IMG/VR virus record: IMGVR_UViG_3300048086_000003
Location: 1 to 40,960 of that record
Length of the DNA stretch: 40,960 nucleotides
Source of the DNA: a virus
Lineage: Duplodnaviria; Caudoviricetes
Direction: 5' to 3' (one strand)
In this document: piece by piece, positions 36,356 through 40,960 of the stretch
Position numbering within the stretch: position 1 is the stretch's first letter
Layout: every line of letters starts with the position of its first letter
The notes under the pieces: generated by a model
Database searches by the model: none
Seen by the model: only the letters and a program-made list of their open reading frames with translations
Told to the model about the DNA's origin: nothing
Translations under genes and position numbers: made by a program

Positions 36356-37583
36356 CGGGCAGGTGGCTCTCAATTTTCTTGATAGCTACTGCCCGACGCT
36401 CTGGGTCTATCTCGCAACCGAAGAACTCGCGGCCAAGGCTCGCAGCGGCTGCAAGGGAGGAGCCTGACCCGACGAAGAAATCAGCTACTCTCTCCCCAGG
36501 ATGTGTGAGGTGCTTGATAATCTCAGCATATAGCTCTACTGGTCTTTCAACAAGTAGCGTCTGTTCCTTATCCGTAACAGGCGCGAACTCAAACACGTTC
36601 GGCCTATTGCGGATAACCATCTCAGGATTGCCCTTGAGCGCATGGAGCGCTATGTCATATCCACGTGCAAAGTACCTATCTGGTCTCGCCGTATAGCAAC
36701 GTCCAGCGGTCCTGACCCATACGAGAGGCATCTCGTCGACGGTCCATCCAGCTTCACGAAATGCAGACTTAGCCCGTTCGTACCAAGTTGGACCAAGGAA
36801 CCAAACGAGCCAGCTGTTGGGCTTACCAACTCGGTACAAATCTGGCGCCATACTAAGTATGCGCTGGTAAGACTTTTCGTCGTCCTGATACGCCGAAGCG
36901 CTTGCCTCACCCGCTTTACGTCTATCGTAGCCGATTCCGAAAGGTGGGTCAGTAAGGATAAGATCAATGCTTCCCTCAGGGACGCGTTTAATAGCTTCGA
37001 TAGAGTCGTCGAGCCATACTTTTTCCTCGATCTCTTGAAATTGAGATGGGTTATCCCGAACTTCTTTTCGACGTACCACGCTCTGGGCTTTCGACGATGC
37101 CCAGGAGAGCGCTTGCGTGACGCTTTTGGCATCCTTCAGCTCCGGAAAGAGTTCCATGAGTTTAGTGAGTCTCACCGCTTCGTTGACGTGACTCCGCTCC
37201 ATGCCGATAGCTGCGCCAGTCTGGATTTGAGACCAGTTTGGATCGAGTTGTTTCTTGAGCGCATCTAACGTGGCGATAGCGCTGACTTCTTCCTGCCATG
37301 TCATATCTTCGCGTTGCAGATTTTCTTCAAGTTCGATTTCCTTCTTGAGAAGCTCGGATATGTCGTCTTTGAGAACGCCGTCCAGGTGTGTCCACCCGAG
37401 TGACTTTGCTGCTGTGTAGCGACGGAAGCCCGCTACGAGGTTCACCTTCGCTCCGTTTGGCTGGACGATGATTGGCACTAATTGTCCGAATCGTGTTAGG
37501 CTTTCAGACAACGCCTTCATGTTGCCTGTCGCACCGCGGAAGCGACCCGGCTCGACGACTATATCTGCGATAGCGATTTTCAT
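36345..37583 (-). CDS. ParB/Srx N-terminal domain fused to a beta-class amino (N6A/N4C) DNA methyltransferase
   Basis: ParB motifs GQLVPI, LVAGFRRYTA and EENLQRED, then an HTH-like segment. MTase motif IV TDPPF precedes motif I DFFVGSGS. Confidence 0.9.
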   Translation of the reverse strand: MKIAIADIVVEPGRFRGATGNMKALSESLTRFGQLVPIIVQPNGAKVNLVAGFRRYTAAKSLGWTHLDGVLKDDISELLKKEIELEENLQREDMTWQEEVSAIATLDALKKQLDPNWSQIQTGAAIGMERSHVNEAVRLTKLMELFPELKDAKSVTQALSWASSKAQSVVRRKEVRDNPSQFQEIEEKVWLDDSIEAIKRVPEGSIDLILTDPPFGIGYDRRKAGEASASAYQDDEKSYQRILSMAPDLYRVGKPNSWLVWFLGPTWYERAKSAFREAGWTVDEMPLVWVRTAGRCYTARPDRYFARGYDIALHALKGNPEMVIRNRPNVFEFAPVTDKEQTLLVERPVELYAEIIKHLTHPGERVADFFVGSGSSLAAAASLGREFFGCEIDPERRAVAIKKIESHLPDGS

Positions 37584-37876
37584 GACAGCTTTAGTGGTCC
37601 GTGTTGCGCCCCGGGCTGGACGACTCTCCCGCCGACGTTCGCTTTGATTGCCAATGCAACGATTTCGAACTTCTCGTCGTGTACCGTCTCAAACCACTGA
37701 TCGACCTTCCCGGCTCCCTCATCTGCGCCTTCGATGTAGGCCATTGTAGGTCTATTCGGGCACAGTGCTTCCTTCAATTCTGCAACTGTCAGGTATGTAT
37801 GAAAGTTGACAAGTCCTACTGATCTTGTGAATAAGAATACGAGATTCTTCTGCCGAGGTATTTCGATGTCGCTCAC
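37580..37876 (-). CDS. Hypothetical protein
   Basis: AAGGAG SD; ATGA coupling to the ParB-MTase gene. Confidence 0.7.
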   Translation of the reverse strand: MSDIEIPRQKNLVFLFTRSVGLVNFHTYLTVAELKEALCPNRPTMAYIEGADEGAGKVDQWFETVHDEKFEIVALAIKANVGGRVVQPGAQHGPLKLS

Positions 37877-37886
37877 GTTAAATCTC

Positions 37887-37906
37887 CTTGTCCGGGTCCG
37901 GACTAG
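37887..37906. promoter_or_regulatory. Palindromic site 6, CTTGTCC-GGGTCC-GGACTAG (1 mismatch)
   Basis: 13/14 match; overlaps the SD of the gene coupled to ParB-MTase. Confidence 0.75.
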
Positions 37907-37914
37907 TGGTTAAT

Positions 37915-37990
37915 TCCCGTTGGGGCTCTCGCTTCCCCAGCCTGAGATGCGAATAACAGGCGCCGCTCGGCTGCAGCCTACGGCACGGGA
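37915..37990 (-). ncRNA. Candidate structured element, 76-nt four-way junction
   Basis: Four abutting helices found by eye; strand inferred from the direction of the surrounding operon. Confidence 0.5.
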
Positions 37991-38000
37991 GCTGTTTCTA

Positions 38001-38417
38001 CTACAGTGGCAAGAACGAGTCGATCTGATCTCTCTTCTCGTCCAGCCCCGTGTTCGGGTTGTGGTACAGATTCGGCCCAATCACGACTTGTAACTCCACG
38101 CCGACTAGCGAGTCGGTGTTAAACGGAGGCTTCGTCTTGAGCGCCTTGTCACGGTACGCATCAGCCAGTTCGCTCATGCGAGCTGCGCGAAGCAGTCCGT
38201 CGAAGCCCATTGCACCCTCACCACTCACGACGAGGTGTGATACCCTTGTGCGCTCGCCGTCCGGCGTGGTGATCTTGAACTTCGGCATGATCTTGTCATT
38301 CCCTGCCTTCGACTTCCCTCCTGGGCACTCTACGATACGGGACTTGTAAGTTCCCGGGTCGATAGGCGTACTAAAGTCTTCCGCCTGCGAAGTGTCGGGT
38401 TGCAGTACTGGTGACAT
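38001..38417 (-). CDS. SSB-like protein (DUF669-type)
   Basis: EDFSTPIDPGTYKSRIVE...KSKAGN...DSLVGVELQV pattern; follows the Sak4-like gene. Confidence 0.7.
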   Translation of the reverse strand: MSPVLQPDTSQAEDFSTPIDPGTYKSRIVECPGGKSKAGNDKIMPKFKITTPDGERTRVSHLVVSGEGAMGFDGLLRAARMSELADAYRDKALKTKPPFNTDSLVGVELQVVIGPNLYHNPNTGLDEKRDQIDSFLPL

Positions 38418-38428
38418 ACCTTTTCCCC

Positions 38429-39346
38429 TTAGCCGCTATGAGCAGCTGTTGGAGTTCCGCTGGCGACTAGCACAGCCGCTTTATCAGCTGCGTCCAGAGC
38501 CGCCTGCTGTTTCACACGCTCCTCGTGGGCAGCGAGGAATGCCTTCGATATGGCCTCATAGTTCCATGCAGTGCCGTCTGGCACCCCGTTCCTGCTGCCC
38601 ACGGCTCTAAGGCCATCGGGCGTCGTTTGGATTAGTCTGATCCAATCCTGAGTAACGACGTGCGTCTCTTTGTTGTAGTGAGTTTCTCCTTTCTGGGCTT
38701 GAATGTTGTAAACTTCGTCGAACTTCAGAGGAACAACTTCTGCTGATTGACCTGTCAGCATCGGCGTGATAGCGAGTAGGTCGCCTGCCTTGTCACGCTG
38801 CTCCCTTTCATGGCAGAGTAGCAAGACGTGCTTATCTGTGCTCAGCACCATATCTACGAACTGCTCACCCAGACTACGCTCAGCTCCATAGTCCTGAATA
38901 ACGGGAATGAGCATACCTCGCTTTAGCGCCAGCTGATGGGATTTCGATCTCTCACCATACTCCTTGGTTCCCATTAGTATGACGCCCTTGTTCTCAGCTG
39001 ATCTGAACAGAGTTGTACCTGAATCTATCACCCAGCTGTCGAACTTCGTTCGATTAGCTGGCGCCATCATCTCGTCGAAGAAGCGACACGCATCGTCGTA
39101 GGCGTTGTGAGTCTTGACGATAGCTCGGCTGTCGAAGTCTTTCTCTCCGAACTGTTCGTAGATGATGTTCCTAAGTCCATGTACTCGTGTGAAGTCAGGA
39201 CTCGCCAGCGTAGCGATGCCTCGGTCGAAGTCAAGGAAACAAGGTCTCGGCCAGGTACCTGCACCGTAGGTCTTGCCGACCTTGATCTTTCCCCAGGGCA
39301 GTATTCGCATCGCGTCGCCTGGTTTCCAGTACCTGAGTTCCTTCAT
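38429..39346 (-). CDS. Sak4-like AAA_24 NTPase (ssDNA annealing/recombination)
   Basis: GKIKVGKT Walker A, LDFDRG, WVIDSGT, LLCHE, FDEVY. Confidence 0.8.
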   Translation of the reverse strand: MKELRYWKPGDAMRILPWGKIKVGKTYGAGTWPRPCFLDFDRGIATLASPDFTRVHGLRNIIYEQFGEKDFDSRAIVKTHNAYDDACRFFDEMMAPANRTKFDSWVIDSGTTLFRSAENKGVILMGTKEYGERSKSHQLALKRGMLIPVIQDYGAERSLGEQFVDMVLSTDKHVLLLCHEREQRDKAGDLLAITPMLTGQSAEVVPLKFDEVYNIQAQKGETHYNKETHVVTQDWIRLIQTTPDGLRAVGSRNGVPDGTAWNYEAISKAFLAAHEERVKQQAALDAADKAAVLVASGTPTAAHSG

Positions 39347-39558
39347 CGGTCGAGCTTCCTTATCTCCCTTTCTCTTTGTGGCGTCTCGGCTGCCATGTCT
39401 GGCATTGGCATGAACTGCCGAATCATGTACGTGATGTCCTCTGCGTAGCCGAACGGTTTCTCAAACTTCTGCTTCGCGAGCGTCAGTGCGTCTGATATTG
39501 AGTCGGCACTGACGCTCGCCGTCCGTTTGATGCTCTGCGTTATCTCAAACGTTGCCAT
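39343..39558 (-). CDS. Hypothetical protein
   Basis: GAGGA SD; ATGA coupling to the AAA gene. Confidence 0.65.
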   Translation of the reverse strand: MATFEITQSIKRTASVSADSISDALTLAKQKFEKPFGYAEDITYMIRQFMPMPDMAAETPQREREIRKLDR

Positions 39559-39952
39559 CTTTCCTCCCGAGTAGTTTGTCCGTCAACTCTACAAACGTTC
39601 CGTAGTCGTAGCCTGTTGCGTCGAAGCTCTGTTCGAGGCGATGCTGGAGAATCCACGCCATCTTGTCCATCTCGCGAGCCATGTCATAGCACTGGACGAT
39701 CCGTGTCTTGATGAGTAGATCGCGTGAGCGTCGCAGTTGCTCTACCATCTCCGTTGGCTCAACTACGCCTTGGGCCTCAACAGGTATGATCTGCGTCACG
39801 TCAATCGTCTCGCCATCCTCAAGTAGCTCAGCAGCTGCTTCGACGAGTTCGTTCATCTCCAGGCGTGCTTCTAGCTCATCGCCCGCCTCGATCACGCAGC
39901 GGATAGTACCGACGTAGGTACGCAGTTCAGTGGGGACTAGTGGCTGTGTCAA
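39545..39952 (-). CDS. Hypothetical acidic protein
   Basis: Tiles the operon with short overlaps. Confidence 0.65.
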   Translation of the reverse strand: MTQPLVPTELRTYVGTIRCVIEAGDELEARLEMNELVEAAAELLEDGETIDVTQIIPVEAQGVVEPTEMVEQLRRSRDLLIKTRIVQCYDMAREMDKMAWILQHRLEQSFDATGYDYGTFVELTDKLLGRKDGNV

Positions 39953-40685
39953 GATTCACCTTGCACTGGTAGCGGTTCTCAAGCGCCTTCGCGACTGCCT
40001 TGATTCGCGCTTCGATCAGTTCATCGTCTCGCTTATCATTGCGAGCGTTGAAACGTCTGACAAGCTGCCGAGTAATCAACCACAACTCGTCAATGATGCA
40101 GACTTCAGCCCGGTAGCCTTGCGTGAACTCCGCTACACGGCCCCATATCTTGATTCGTCCGTAGGTCGAGACTCCGTATCCATGAGCAACGTCGATAGCA
40201 GCATTCTGTGTCTTCACCGCCCAGATGCCAGCGAGTTCGAAGGTGTCGCGCATCTCAGCATAGTACTCATCAGGGTCCGTTATTCGCTTTTCTCTGATCG
40301 AGTCCCAGTATTTTGGGTCAACTGGACGCTTGTGAGAGCGGAGCACGGGCCCGTCCCAGTTACAATCAGCAGCAACGGACTTGAGGTAGGCGTTAATCTT
40401 CTCCTCATGTGCTCCACGCTTGCCCTGCGCGAAGTTATATTCGAAGTCATAAAAGTTGTCCTCGTAGGTCAACTCCATCCCCCATACTCTCCATGCCGTC
40501 ATAGGGTGCTCTACCCTTGTCGGCCTGCGACGCCAGACCGGAATGGCTGATGTGTCAGGATGTAGAATAGCCATCTGATCTTGTTCCTGCCATTGCATGT
40601 CCTGTAAAGCAGCTAGTCCAAGGCCGTAGAAGCGCCCCGCTAGTCCAGGCTGTAGTAACTGCGAGAACGCTCTGCGAACAATCAC
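39927..40685 (-). CDS. Hypothetical protein with a capsid-like N-terminal peptide
   Basis: GTGA-coupled start. Body has TAWRVW...GIWA...GRIKIWGRVAE..QGYRAE motifs. Confidence 0.75.
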   Translation of the reverse strand: MIVRRAFSQLLQPGLAGRFYGLGLAALQDMQWQEQDQMAILHPDTSAIPVWRRRPTRVEHPMTAWRVWGMELTYEDNFYDFEYNFAQGKRGAHEEKINAYLKSVAADCNWDGPVLRSHKRPVDPKYWDSIREKRITDPDEYYAEMRDTFELAGIWAVKTQNAAIDVAHGYGVSTYGRIKIWGRVAEFTQGYRAEVCIIDELWLITRQLVRRFNARNDKRDDELIEARIKAVAKALENRYQCKVNLDTATSPH

Positions 40686-40834
40686 TCAAGTTTCACCGGA
40701 TGAATCTCGATCTCTGTCTCAGTTGCGCCAGCGTCGTTGCGAGCCTTTGGGTGCGCTGTCTTTACATGCAGATCCCATTCCAGCACGTTGCCGAATCGCT
40801 TTTTGCAAACGTCACACACAAACATGAGATACAT
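40682..40834 (-). CDS. 50-aa C2H2 zinc-finger protein
   Basis: MYLMFVCDVCKKRFGNVLEWDLHVKTAHPK...; starts immediately after the upstream stop, and its stop overlaps the next start. Confidence 0.75.
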   Translation of the reverse strand: MYLMFVCDVCKKRFGNVLEWDLHVKTAHPKARNDAGATETEIEIHPVKLE

Positions 40835-40960
40835 CTACTTCTTCGCTGGCACGAGTTCAGGCTCTTGAGCTGGCTCTGGCTCCGTCTCAATCCACTGGGG
40901 ATTAAGAGGCATTCCCTCAGGGTCGCACTCAAAGATTTCGACTAGCTCACCGAGTTTCAT
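40835..40960 (-). CDS. Acidic Pro/Glu-rich peptide (at least 41 aa)
   Basis: MKLGELVEIFECDPEGMPLNPQWIETEPEPAQEPELVPAKK. The ATG is at the window edge, so it may extend further. Confidence 0.6.
   Translation of the reverse strand: MKLGELVEIFECDPEGMPLNPQWIETEPEPAQEPELVPAKK

Larger units (their letters stand above)
1..40960. mobile_element. Tailed dsDNA bacteriophage genome segment (probably podovirus-type)
   Basis: Terminase-portal-scaffold-capsid-adaptor-nozzle-ejection gene order on +, replication genes on -. No tape measure, tail tube or sheath recognised, and no host genes. Confidence 0.95.

Noticed and set aside
37915-37990. tRNA gene or known ribozyme
   Set aside because: No TTCRA T-loop, D-loop GG or 7-nt anticodon loop. 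Conserved hairpin, HDV or hammerhead cores could not be matched by eye.
1003-39668. Isolated half-sites CTTGTCC or GGACAAG (e.g. near 1003, 5850, 25503, 26064, 39662)
   Set aside because: No partner arm at 6-bp spacing; compatible with chance 7-mers.

Overview
The whole window reads as most of the genome of a tailed dsDNA bacteriophage, probably short-tailed (podovirus-type). No host genes, integrase, tRNA/rRNA or CRISPR array are evident. A roughly 630-bp divergent control region (233-865) precedes a tightly coupled + strand late arm (866-31995): terminase small and large subunits, HNH endonuclease, P22-type portal, scaffold, Mu-gpT-like major capsid protein, a roughly 10.5-kb block of accessory virion/fibre genes, head-tail adaptor, lysis cassette, nozzle, GNAT, three ejection proteins and a PurD-like ATP-grasp enzyme. 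A convergent - strand arm (31939-40960) carries a DUF3987-type P-loop protein, a UDG-PolA fusion, a ParB-methyltransferase fusion, an SSB-like protein, a Sak4-like AAA protein and small ORFs. The most notable unexplained signals are: six dispersed copies of the palindrome CTTGTCC-N6-GGACAAG; a 76-nt perfect four-way-junction element; a candidate -1 frameshift in an ejection gene; an early protein whose N-terminus resembles that of the capsid protein; and several short coupled ORFs missed by the ORF track, including a classical C2H2 zinc finger. All family assignments come from motif recognition by eye, not database searches.
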